A stretch of DNA of 64,000 nucleotides, taken from a virus. Its lineage: Duplodnaviria; Heunggongvirae; Uroviricota; Caudoviricetes. The position numbers and the translations under genes were made by a program. Every line of letters starts with the position of its first letter. Within the stretch, counting starts at the first letter, position 1. Location of the stretch: the IMG/VR virus record IMGVR_UViG_3300031787_000010, positions 9,429-73,428 of that record; one strand, written 5' to 3'. Positions 45,004 through 53,609 of this stretch are shown piece by piece. The notes under the pieces were generated by a model. That model saw only the letters and a list, made by a program, of their open reading frames with translations, was not told where the DNA came from and made no database searches.

Positions 45004-45078
45004 CGGAGAGTAGCTCAGTCCGGTTAGAGCACTCGCTTTGGGAGCGAGGGGTCGCAGGTTCGAATCCTGTTTCTCCGA
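45004..45078 (+). tRNA. trnP: tRNA-Pro(UGG)
   Basis: Loop TTTGGGA, C1-G72 A73. Confidence 0.93.
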
Positions 45079-45084
45079 CTTAAA

Positions 45085-45197
45085 ATATGTACGTAGACTA
45101 ATAACCGCCCACCAGTGCGGTGCACAAGAAAGGTATTGACTGCAGCCTATACCAATCATCTGGTACAGAAACACTAGTCACGTTTCTGCGTACATAT
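45085..45197 (+). ncRNA. unassigned structured RNA
   Basis: ATATGTACG/CGTACATAT closing stem, three internal hairpins. Confidence 0.5.
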
Positions 45198-45274
45198 TAT
45201 ATGTTAGTTGTCAGCCACGGAATCTGGTGGTTAAACCGTGGAAGTAAAAGACCGCGCGGTTCGACTAACATATA
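45198..45274 (+). ncRNA. unassigned structured RNA
   Basis: 13-bp closing stem TATATGTTAGTTG/CGACTAACATATA, CCACGG/CCGTGG. Confidence 0.5.
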
Positions 45275-45332
45275 CATATGACGTTTGGTAGAGTTCGTCA
45301 CTGGCACCTTCGGGTGATAATAACTACCACTT

Positions 45333-45406
45333 GGACAATTAGCTCAGCTGGTTAGAGCATCGCTTTTACACAGCGAGGGTCGGCGGTTCGAATCCGTCAT
45401 TGTCCA
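45333..45406 (+). tRNA. trnV: tRNA-Val(UAC)
   Basis: Loop TTTACAC. Confidence 0.93.
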
Positions 45407-45464
45407 TTCCAGCTAGTGATATCAGTGGTCTGCTGGAAACCACAACGTTGCTGATATCACACAC

Positions 45465-45546
45465 GCTCTTGTGGTGGAATGGTATACACGGCAGTCTCAA
45501 AAACTGCTTCCCATTGGGATTGTGAGTTCGAGTCTCACCGGGAGCA
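45465..45546 (+). tRNA. trnL: tRNA-Leu(CAA)
   Basis: Loop CTCAAAA, long variable arm. Confidence 0.92.
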
Positions 45547-45633
45547 TAAGGATATAGGGCGGTGTAGGTGCTAGCAGTCGCCTGTTAAATGTTCACAATA
45601 CTATGTCCTTACTACTTTTAGTGTAAAGATTAT

Positions 45634-46380
45634 ATGAAATATGCATTACTCATCTCTGGTCAACCGCGAAATGTTAAAGAAGCATACGAAGGTATCTATA
45701 CAAAAGTTATAGAACCTAACGGCATAAAAGACATTTTTATTCATTCGTGGATTGATCCTGATATGGTCGGTAAGCAGTATGTAGCACAGTGGCGTAGAAA
45801 GTTATTAAAGCAACAACAAAATGAAGAAGCAGAGGAACGATCTGTTGCCAGTAAAGTAGTTCCATCAAATATAGATTCTACTATTTTAGAATTATATAAT
45901 CCAAAAGTATGGAAGTTTGAAAAGCCAAAAACATTTTCATACGATACTTCTGTAGAAGAATATCTATCAGATGTAATGTATCCACAAGATATGTTAAGTT
46001 GGATGTACTCTATGTGGCAAGCAAATCTTCTTAAAACCGAATACGAAAATTTTCATAAGATAAAATATGATATGGTACTTCGTATACGGTTTGATTTCTT
46101 ACCAGCCGAACCGTTAGACCTAAAAAAGTTTACAGAGATCGACACAATATACGCATCAGATCGTTATCCATCTGAAATTGGAATGAACGATATATGGTGC
46201 GCTTGCAATAGTAATTTGATGGATATCTATACTAGTATGTTTTTAAATTTTGAAAACATATTATCTGACGCAGGTGATGTTAGATTCAATCACGAAATGA
46301 TGCTTAAACGTTGGATTGAAGTGATTAATAAAATTAAAGTAGAACGCATAGATTTCGACTTTGGAACTATGTTGATTTAA
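45634..46380 (+). CDS. putative glycosyltransferase-like protein (ALxISGQPR family)
   Basis: ALLISGQPR, IFIHSW, YDMVLRIRFD, NDIW, HE..L. Confidence 0.55.
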   Translation: MKYALLISGQPRNVKEAYEGIYTKVIEPNGIKDIFIHSWIDPDMVGKQYVAQWRRKLLKQQQNEEAEERSVASKVVPSNIDSTILELYNPKVWKFEKPKTFSYDTSVEEYLSDVMYPQDMLSWMYSMWQANLLKTEYENFHKIKYDMVLRIRFDFLPAEPLDLKKFTEIDTIYASDRYPSEIGMNDIWCACNSNLMDIYTSMFLNFENILSDAGDVRFNHEMMLKRWIEVINKIKVERIDFDFGTMLI

Positions 46381-46385
46381 ATCTA

Positions 46386-46470
46386 GGACAGGTGGCCGAG
46401 TGGTTTAAGGCAGCAGTCTTGAAAACTGCCGAACTGAAAGGTTCCGTGAGTTCGAATCTCACCCTGTCCG
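46386..46470 (+). tRNA. trnS: tRNA-Ser(UGA)
   Basis: Loop CTTGAAA, long variable arm, G73. Confidence 0.93.
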
Positions 46471-46485
46471 TTTTTTGGAGGTTTT

Positions 46486-46809
46486 ATGAACGATTTAGTT
46501 AAAAAATATTTTGCCGCACTCTCTAACAAAAATTTAACGACATTATCTGAATTATACCACGATGATGTTGTTCTTTGGGAATGGGGTCAACGTGTTTTCA
46601 TAGGAAAGGAAGAAGTATTGAAAGCTAACGAAGAACTGTTCAGCTCGTCGGAAACTTTAACGGTGCTCGTACAAACGTCTGCTACAGACGGTGATAAACA
46701 CTACTGCGAATTATCTATTATACTGGATGAAAAATTAATTTCAGTACTTGATGTTCTTACTATAAAAGATGATAAGATTTTTTCCGTACAGGCATACCGA
46801 GGATTCTAA
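46486..46809 (+). CDS. SnoaL/NTF2-like protein
   Basis: VKKYFAAL...LYHDDV...GKEEV...GKI-like end. Confidence 0.7.
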   Translation: MNDLVKKYFAALSNKNLTTLSELYHDDVVLWEWGQRVFIGKEEVLKANEELFSSSETLTVLVQTSATDGDKHYCELSIILDEKLISVLDVLTIKDDKIFSVQAYRGF

Positions 46810-47168
46810 TGCGATTTCTTACCCGCAAACTAGTACAACCAGGAGATTTAAATGCTAACGGTACTCTGTTTGGTGGTCGTTGTCTTGCTTGGGTTGACGA
46901 AGAAGCAGCAATCTATGCGGCAATCGAAACACGACACAAGAAAGTCGTAACGAAAAGTATTTCAGCAATTAATTTTGTCGCTCCTGCGTTTCAAGGTGAT
47001 GTGGTAGAAATCGGTATAGCTCTAAAAAAAGTTGGTAGAACATCACTTACATTAGAAGTTCAAGTACGAGATTTGACTACACAAAGAATAATTGTAAATA
47101 TTGATGAAATGGTATTCGTATGTGTTGATGATACGGGAAAGCCAACACGACACTCTTTGAGCACATGA
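46809..47168 (+). CDS. acyl-CoA thioesterase (hotdog fold, YciA-like)
   Basis: DLNANGTLFGG..L.W.DE.A; VGRTSL.LEV; MVFVCVD..GKP. Confidence 0.9.
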   Translation: MRFLTRKLVQPGDLNANGTLFGGRCLAWVDEEAAIYAAIETRHKKVVTKSISAINFVAPAFQGDVVEIGIALKKVGRTSLTLEVQVRDLTTQRIIVNIDEMVFVCVDDTGKPTRHSLST

Positions 47169-47175
47169 GGTCAGT

Positions 47176-47574
47176 ATGATTGAAACTATTGGTATAATTG
47201 TTAGTGTTGCTACAGGAATCTTATCTGGAATCGGTACCGTAAAAGGACTACAAGCTGACAAGAAGAATACAATTAGCCAATTCTTAAATGTTATCGCTGA
47301 CACTATTGATGAAGCTGTTGTGAAGTTTAAGAATGATGAGATTCCCCACGGCGCATGTGAACGTATGAGACGATACGCCACAGAGTTCCCATATGCATTA
47401 GAAGGTTATATGGAAACTGACAAGTTACAAACTTATGCTGACGAGTTATATCGGGCTCACGAAATTGAACAACTGTATAAAACAGTAAAGGATAGTCCAG
47501 AAAGTATAGCAGAACTGGAACGCGCTGCCAGTGGATTTAGAGTAGCAGCAAATATGATTAAATTTACCAAGTAG
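47176..47574 (+). CDS. hypothetical protein
   Basis: SD GAGG. Confidence 0.6.
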   Translation: MIETIGIIVSVATGILSGIGTVKGLQADKKNTISQFLNVIADTIDEAVVKFKNDEIPHGACERMRRYATEFPYALEGYMETDKLQTYADELYRAHEIEQLYKTVKDSPESIAELERAASGFRVAANMIKFTK

Positions 47575-47582
47575 AGGTTACT

Positions 47583-47837
47583 ATGAACTTAACGCCACAA
47601 GATAAGAAAAAGCTCGAGAACGCCTTAAAGGATATGAGCGCGTCAATGGCACGGCAATCAGCCGAACGTGATTTGCAAAAGAATGTTATTGGTGATATCT
47701 GCGAAGAGTTGGATTTAAATAAGAAAGTGTTTCGTAAGCTAGCGAAGGTCTATCACAAGCAGAATTTCGCAGACGAGGTAGCTACTCATCAAGAATTTGA
47801 ATCTCTCTATGAGACGGTCACTAAAAATACCTTATAA
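47583..47837 (+). CDS. T4 DsbA-like dsDNA-binding protein
   Basis: EEL.L.KK.F.KLAKVYHKQNF..E...EF.SLYETV. Confidence 0.75.
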   Translation: MNLTPQDKKKLENALKDMSASMARQSAERDLQKNVIGDICEELDLNKKVFRKLAKVYHKQNFADEVATHQEFESLYETVTKNTL

Positions 47838-47845
47838 TAGACCCC

Positions 47846-47874
47846 TTGACAAATAATTGGTTTTTGGGTAAATT
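47846..47874 (+). promoter_or_regulatory. sigma70 promoter
   Basis: TTGACA-17-TAAATT. Confidence 0.65.
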
Positions 47875-47902
47875 TCAATATATCCCAAACCAAGAGGTTT
47901 TT

Positions 47903-48460
47903 GTGAATCAGATTCAGAAGTATATCGATCATTATGAGAACAAACTTTCCCTTGCAGCTTCTTATGCGAAGAAAAATGAAAAGGGATTTGTTCGTTCGAC
48001 GATGGGTGAATTGGTTGAAGGTATGTTGGATTTGATTTGGACGGATGTTGTTGGTGGTTCCTCTAAAAAGAATGACTATGTGGTTTCGAAAAGCACGAGC
48101 GGAATTAAGCTGAAGTTTCAGGTTGATCGACATCTATACACTCCTTCTAACACTCTTGTCGCGTTAGGGGAGTGTAAAGCATATCTTGACCGATGCTTTA
48201 TGGAACGTGCAAGTAGTGATTTTAGTCGAATCACCCGTGGTCTTAAACAGAAACCGGCAACATTTATTCTGGCACTCGAACAAGCTACTGGAAAAGATGC
48301 GTTTCAGTACTATATGGATGAAGGTCATATCGATCATATTTTCTTTTTGTGTGATGGCATTCGTTCACCAAAGAAGCCTATCTGGAATAACAACTTTTAC
48401 AAGCCTATCAATCGTAAGAGTTTGCAATCCTTTGTTTCCTTTATTGAATCAATGAGGTAA
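47903..48460 (+). CDS. PD-(D/E)XK restriction-endonuclease-like protein
   Basis: E...QVD(x12)GECKAY motif; GTG start with SD AAGAGG. Confidence 0.55.
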   Translation: MNQIQKYIDHYENKLSLAASYAKKNEKGFVRSTMGELVEGMLDLIWTDVVGGSSKKNDYVVSKSTSGIKLKFQVDRHLYTPSNTLVALGECKAYLDRCFMERASSDFSRITRGLKQKPATFILALEQATGKDAFQYYMDEGHIDHIFFLCDGIRSPKKPIWNNNFYKPINRKSLQSFVSFIESMR

Positions 48461-48585
48461 TTTATGTTATTCAAAATGGCAATGTTGCTTGTGGGTCTTA
48501 TCTTTATTGTGGCCACGTTCGGTGCTATATATCTTGGGTATGAAAAAAATACAGAAGAGTATAACAATCGTAATAGGAAAGATTT

Positions 48586-48795
48586 ATGAAAACGGTTTTT
48601 ATTGTATTAGGTATTTGGACAATGGTTTCTTTAATATTTTGTTTTGTTATCTGGCCTAGAATTGCAAACCGATTTATTCCAGCAACCAACGATACCTTTA
48701 TCAGATCAAGATGTAGAAAGTGCGGAAATATTCAACGGTGTTGTGCACCGCCTTGTTCAAAGTGTCAGAGTATTGACATGGAAATGCTAAAATAA
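48586..48795 (+). CDS. TM plus Zn-ribbon small protein
   Basis: TM then CRKC...CSKC. Confidence 0.55.
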   Translation: MKTVFIVLGIWTMVSLIFCFVIWPRIANRFIPATNDTFIRSRCRKCGNIQRCCAPPCSKCQSIDMEMLK

Positions 48796-48803
48796 TAGAA
48801 GTT

Positions 48804-48890
48804 GGAAGTGTGGCCGAGTGGTTTAAGGCAGCTGTCTACTAAACAGCCGTGGGATAATACCTACCGTGAGTTCGAATCTCACCGCTTCCG
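48804..48890 (+). tRNA. trnS: tRNA-Ser(ACU)
   Basis: Ser body (long arm, G73); loop CTACTAA. Confidence 0.85.
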
Positions 48891-48914
48891 TACTCATACT
48901 TAAGGAATACACAT

Positions 48915-49580
48915 ATGATTATGTTACTTGGAGATATTCACGGTGAAACGATGGCACTGCGAGATGCCGTTGATAAAGCCGTAAAGACAAACGCAACGGC
49001 AATTATCCAGCTGGGCGACTTTGGTATGTTTTCGTATAACGAGAAATCGTTTTATGTCATTGCCGAACAGTCACCCATTCCTATCTATTTCATCGATGGT
49101 AATCACGATGACTGTATCCGATGGAATCAGTATAGTGATATTACCCGTCTGTGGGATGGACTTGATATGTTCTATATTCCCCGTGGGTGTGTGTTCGAAT
49201 TGGATGGTAGAACGTTTGCTGCGATGGGTGGAGCAGCATCAATTGATAAGAATACACGACTGATGTATAATTGGCATTGGGACGAATACGAAAATATTAG
49301 TCCAGAGGAAACTCTTCGCCTTCGAGAGAATATGGAAGGTAAGCAGATTGATATTCTGCTTACACATTGTCCGCCGAATAGTGTGATTGAAAAACATTTT
49401 GATCCACGCCAAAAACTAATGTTTGGTGTGGGGTTGGATTGGCATGACCATAACCAAGATGTCATCCAACACATCTGGGATTCACTAGATAACATTCCAA
49501 TTTATTCTGGTCACATGCACCGTTCAATTATTGCACCTAACTATCGTATTGTGGATATTAATGAAACTGTAATGGTATAG
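48915..49580 (+). CDS. calcineurin-like metallophosphoesterase
   Basis: LGDIHG, QLGDFG, DGNHD, LTHCPP, SGHMH. Confidence 0.9.
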   Translation: MIMLLGDIHGETMALRDAVDKAVKTNATAIIQLGDFGMFSYNEKSFYVIAEQSPIPIYFIDGNHDDCIRWNQYSDITRLWDGLDMFYIPRGCVFELDGRTFAAMGGAASIDKNTRLMYNWHWDEYENISPEETLRLRENMEGKQIDILLTHCPPNSVIEKHFDPRQKLMFGVGLDWHDHNQDVIQHIWDSLDNIPIYSGHMHRSIIAPNYRIVDINETVMV

Positions 49581-49582
49581 TT

Positions 49583-50593
49583 ATGGAACTTGACATAGTG
49601 TATCAAGCAACAAACCACCCAGCATGGAGTCCCCATTATGTCTATGAACAATCTTTTGCGATGCTTAAAACAAAGTATCCAGAAGTACGGTTCAGCCATA
49701 TCAATCCAGAACAATTTAACGGATTGGGATTTCCATCGCCGGGTGCGTTTGTTGTAATAAATCCAAAAAATAACAAACGAATAATTTTATCTTATCTAGA
49801 TAATTCTCGATATGTTTTATTGAAGGATGAATCTGTTGGCTGGCAACCTTATACAGTACAGCAATTATTTTGTTTGTCGGATATTGTTCCAATGAAAGAT
49901 GCTGCACGACAATATAAAATAAAGAAAGATGAAACGTTGTTGCCATATGTCGGAACAAATGACAGTGTTGCACTAGATCTAGATTTGGAAAGAATTATAA
50001 AACCGTTCAATCAAGTAGTATTTAGAACCGAGTACGATTTAAAAATTTCCGATAAGTTATATGAAACTAAACTATCCGCTAAAGACAGAAAACAATCATT
50101 GGTGTTTCGTGGTGCAATGCATTACTCACGCCCGTTTGTGGCGGAACACACCAATCACCCAGAAATTAGTTTCTTCAAAGACCACGTTCCAGATTATTAC
50201 GGTGAACTAGCATCACTTCGATGTGGGTTGTCATTGAACGGAGTAGCAGAAATTTGTAATCGTGACTTGGAACTTATGGCAATTGGAATTCCTATCATTC
50301 GTCCGTTATTTAAAAATGTGCAGTTTCACGAACCATTAATTCCGAATGTACATTACATTCCGTATGATTATGATCGGGAATATTATTATGTAGAAGCAAC
50401 CGATTACCCATACAACCGTGACTATAAACTGCACAGCCAGGCGTTGATTGAAAAGTGGGAAGAAGTAAAAAATAATTATGAGTTATTAGAGTTTGTTGGA
50501 AAAAATGCACGTGAATGGTATTTACGAACAGGAAAGCTTGATAGGCAAGTTGAATTGTTCGTTAATACGTTTGATATAAATTTATTAACTTAA
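49583..50593 (+). CDS. glycosyltransferase-like protein (GT-B / CgeB-like C-terminus)
   Basis: LSLNG...CNRDLE.MAIG.P...PL.PNVHYI...I..NAREWY. Confidence 0.55.
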   Translation: MELDIVYQATNHPAWSPHYVYEQSFAMLKTKYPEVRFSHINPEQFNGLGFPSPGAFVVINPKNNKRIILSYLDNSRYVLLKDESVGWQPYTVQQLFCLSDIVPMKDAARQYKIKKDETLLPYVGTNDSVALDLDLERIIKPFNQVVFRTEYDLKISDKLYETKLSAKDRKQSLVFRGAMHYSRPFVAEHTNHPEISFFKDHVPDYYGELASLRCGLSLNGVAEICNRDLELMAIGIPIIRPLFKNVQFHEPLIPNVHYIPYDYDREYYYVEATDYPYNRDYKLHSQALIEKWEEVKNNYELLEFVGKNAREWYLRTGKLDRQVELFVNTFDINLLT

Positions 50594-50646
50594 TGGTAGG
50601 TTGTTATGACACCAGTTGCGTTTGAATGGTACAATCCGGAGGGAGT

Positions 50647-50901
50647 ATGGGACGTAGAAAACACGCGTGGACCGCATACGAATACAGTAAAGAATCAGAA
50701 TCAGAAAACAAATCAGATTTGGTATGGCGTGCCGCTCGAGCAGTCGAGGGGGCAGTTGTCGAAGATTTCACCGATGCTGTGTTCGAACGTCTTGGGGAAT
50801 TAGAAGATACCCTCAATTTAAATTCCGATGTTAAGTTAGGGTATGAACTAGCTATGAGAGAACTTCGAAACACTTATCTTGATTGGACATCTAACATATG
50901 A
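50647..50901 (+). CDS. hypothetical protein
   Basis: SD GGAGG; start adjusted to MGRRK. Confidence 0.5.
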   Translation: MGRRKHAWTAYEYSKESESENKSDLVWRAARAVEGAVVEDFTDAVFERLGELEDTLNLNSDVKLGYELAMRELRNTYLDWTSNI

Positions 50902-51755
50902 TTTACGTTACACTATGTACTGTGCCAGACAGAATGGCATCTGAAGAGTGGTTTAAGGTTTGTTTGGAAAGTCTTTTAAACCAGGACACCACGGAACCTT
51001 ACCAGATTGTTTTGAACATCCCATTCAAGTATAACAATTATCCAGACGCAACTATTCCGCAGTGGTTGCAAGAGTTTGTAAATACACGGTCAAATAAGAT
51101 TAGAATACTACGGGACAATAATGATTACGGTCCTATATCAAATCTATTGTACCCAATGAAGCATCTACCAAATAATCCAAATGATATATTCATTGTAGTT
51201 GACGATGATCAAGAATATCATCCAAGTATGATTTCCTATCACCTAAAAAAACTAAAACAGTATTCACATCGCCACGTTATATGTTACAGAGGTAATGGAA
51301 TTATTGAAGCACGTACTTGGTATGAGAATGGAAAAAAGTGGGCGAAGATGTATAATACGCACGTACATTTTCCAACTAAAAAAGACATTTATGTAAGACT
51401 CCCCGATCATTGGCATAGTGTTTCATATCCTCGCCATCTACTTGGTAATGATATGTTTGATGAAAAGTTCTTATCGATAACGTGGAACAATGATCAACTT
51501 ATGGGATACTATGGATGGACGCACGATTTCTATTTCTTATGTGCAGAGTGGGATGCGGAAACCGACTATAGACCAGTAAACCACGATGGACGAGGTGCCT
51601 ATTCATTTCCGGTATTACGCACTCTACCAAATATAAACGAAAGTGGATGTTATTTCTGGAGATTCCCCGGCGATAAACTCCAACGAACCTTTCCCAATGC
51701 GGAAGAAATGAATAAGATACACGAAGAAAAACCCATTATGGAGTGGTTCGTATAG
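50898..51755 (+). CDS. GT-A-fold glycosyltransferase-like protein
   Basis: SLLNQ...I.LNIP...DYGP...IVVDDD..Y. Confidence 0.6.
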   Translation: MIYVTLCTVPDRMASEEWFKVCLESLLNQDTTEPYQIVLNIPFKYNNYPDATIPQWLQEFVNTRSNKIRILRDNNDYGPISNLLYPMKHLPNNPNDIFIVVDDDQEYHPSMISYHLKKLKQYSHRHVICYRGNGIIEARTWYENGKKWAKMYNTHVHFPTKKDIYVRLPDHWHSVSYPRHLLGNDMFDEKFLSITWNNDQLMGYYGWTHDFYFLCAEWDAETDYRPVNHDGRGAYSFPVLRTLPNINESGCYFWRFPGDKLQRTFPNAEEMNKIHEEKPIMEWFV

Positions 51756-51811
51756 GGTCAAAATGGGGTAAAAATAGGCTAAAATGGGGTAAAATCCCAT
51801 AGGGAGGGGGA

Positions 51812-51875
51812 CGTAAGGCATTGAAAATCATAGCCTTACGTCCCCCTTGACATACCCTATTAAATAGGGTATATT
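51812..51875 (+). promoter_or_regulatory. early promoter with upstream 29-bp palindromic operator
   Basis: CGTAAGGC-N13-GCCTTACG, then TTGACA-17-TATATT. Confidence 0.8.
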
Positions 51876-51909
51876 TCAAGTATCCCTCAAAATAGGACAT
51901 CACCAACGT

Positions 51910-52608
51910 ATGAAGTTGCTCACTATCGGTAACACCAAGACTGTCAAGGGCGAGGCTCTTGGGTATATGACTTTCATCATGCACCTTGCCCCCTCTACTC
52001 TTTCGGGTTATAACACCTGTCCGATGGCCTCCGATGGGTGTGCGGCGGCCTGTCTCAATACGGCGGGTCGTGGTCGTTTCACCGCCACACAGGAGGCCCG
52101 TATCCGCAAGACCAAGTGGTTCTTCGAGGACCGCGAGAGCTTTATGATTCAGCTGGTGAAGGATATCCGAGCCGCTATCCGTAAGGCTAACCGTGAAGGT
52201 ATGATTCCTGTGTTCCGTCTTAACGGTACGTCCGATATCCGTTGGGAGACGGTATCGTTTACCTTTGAAGGTATCGACTTTCGAAACATTATGGAGTTTT
52301 TTGGTAACGTGCGGTTCTATGACTACACCAAGCTTACCAATCGTCGTAACATTCCGTCGAACTATCATCTGACGTTCTCGCGTAGTGAGAGCAACGATGC
52401 GTATGTTACGACGATGTTGAATCGTGGATACAATGTTGCTGTCGTGTTCGACGTTCTCCCCGAGACGTATCTTGGGTACAAGGTCATCGACGGCACCGAG
52501 ACTGACCTGCGGTTCCTCGACGAGAAGAACGTTATCGTCGGACTCATCGCTAAGGGTAAGGCTAAGAAGGACAACAGCGGGTTCACCATTCTTCGTAAGG
52601 CGGCGTAA
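51910..52608 (+). CDS. GP88-like phage protein (Cys-cluster, radical-SAM-like fold)
   Basis: NTCP.AS.GC...CL..AGRG, RLNGTSDI, FYDYTK, YHLTFS, D..D.RF.D. Confidence 0.75.
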   Translation: MKLLTIGNTKTVKGEALGYMTFIMHLAPSTLSGYNTCPMASDGCAAACLNTAGRGRFTATQEARIRKTKWFFEDRESFMIQLVKDIRAAIRKANREGMIPVFRLNGTSDIRWETVSFTFEGIDFRNIMEFFGNVRFYDYTKLTNRRNIPSNYHLTFSRSESNDAYVTTMLNRGYNVAVVFDVLPETYLGYKVIDGTETDLRFLDEKNVIVGLIAKGKAKKDNSGFTILRKAA

Positions 52609-52609
52609 T

Positions 52610-52981
52610 ATGTACCAGACTCACATTCTCACTCCCAACGGGCACAGTATTCCCCGTACCCGATTCACCGCAATTTCCCTTTGGGATATCCTCGACTATA
52701 TGGAGCTTCGTGAGGAGGAAGTAGAAGCCATCAGCGATTTCGGGCTGAGCGAATTGCAGTGGAGTGCTGTTGAACTTCCACTCATCAACAATGTCGTGGC
52801 GCTCGAGTGTATTGTCACAGGGCTTGAGGCATATTACGACGAGCTGATGATGGACGCGGACGAGTATGGTCAGCCGTCTCGTAGTCTCCCCGCTCGTCTC
52901 TATACCCGCAAGGACATCACCGAAATGTTCTGGGCAGTGGTACAGAAAGACGATTACATTAACTTGGAAGGTAACGGATGA
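52610..52981 (+). CDS. hypothetical protein
   Basis: Start adjusted to MYQTH. Confidence 0.6.
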   Translation: MYQTHILTPNGHSIPRTRFTAISLWDILDYMELREEEVEAISDFGLSELQWSAVELPLINNVVALECIVTGLEAYYDELMMDADEYGQPSRSLPARLYTRKDITEMFWAVVQKDDYINLEGNG

Positions 52982-53166
52982 TGCAAGGATTTATCAACGT
53001 GATGACTCTTATCGGTATTCTTTCTGTTGGGGCCCTTGCGGGTATGGTGATGGTTTATATTATGGAGAAATTCTAATGGATTTCGGGCTAAAGATTTTCC
53101 TCATCAGCACGATCGTGATGTTCATTCTGGATAGACTAATCAAATAATAGATAATAATAGAGTCAC

Positions 53167-53195
53167 TTGACAAATCAACCGCACCGTAGTAAATT
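53167..53195 (+). promoter_or_regulatory. sigma70 promoter
   Basis: TTGACA-17-TAAATT. Confidence 0.65.
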
Positions 53196-53220
53196 GCATT
53201 TTCACCTTTTAGGAGTAACA

Positions 53221-53415
53221 ATGACCAACGATTGGCGTAGTCCCCGACAGAAGTTGCAGGATGAGTATATCGCTCGTATTGTGGATAATCTGTCCACTAG
53301 GGAGTTGGTGCAGTACGCATACGATAAGCTGTCGGAGGAGTTGGATGAGTATAGCGATGAGGGACTGACGCAGCAGGTTCAGGATATCTATCCCGACCTT
53401 TTGGAGAATGAGTAA
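53221..53415 (+). CDS. hypothetical protein
   Basis: SD AGGAG; start adjusted to MTNDW. Confidence 0.65.
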   Translation: MTNDWRSPRQKLQDEYIARIVDNLSTRELVQYAYDKLSEELDEYSDEGLTQQVQDIYPDLLENE

Positions 53416-53609
53416 TGAAAAAGCAACTCCCACATCTTTCCGGCCGGCGGCAATGGGTATACACCGCATACAGCCAGCACTATAACTGGTCTACTATTGT
53501 GGTCGCTCGCACGATTCAAGAAGCCCGTCGAGCAGGATATTACGAAGCAAAGAAAGTTTTTGGTAATCACGCTACCCTACAACGAGACAACGTTCGAGAA
53601 CTAGTATGA
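53415..53609 (+). CDS. hypothetical protein
   Basis: Translationally coupled ORF. Confidence 0.55.
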   Translation: MKKQLPHLSGRRQWVYTAYSQHYNWSTIVVARTIQEARRAGYYEAKKVFGNHATLQRDNVRELV

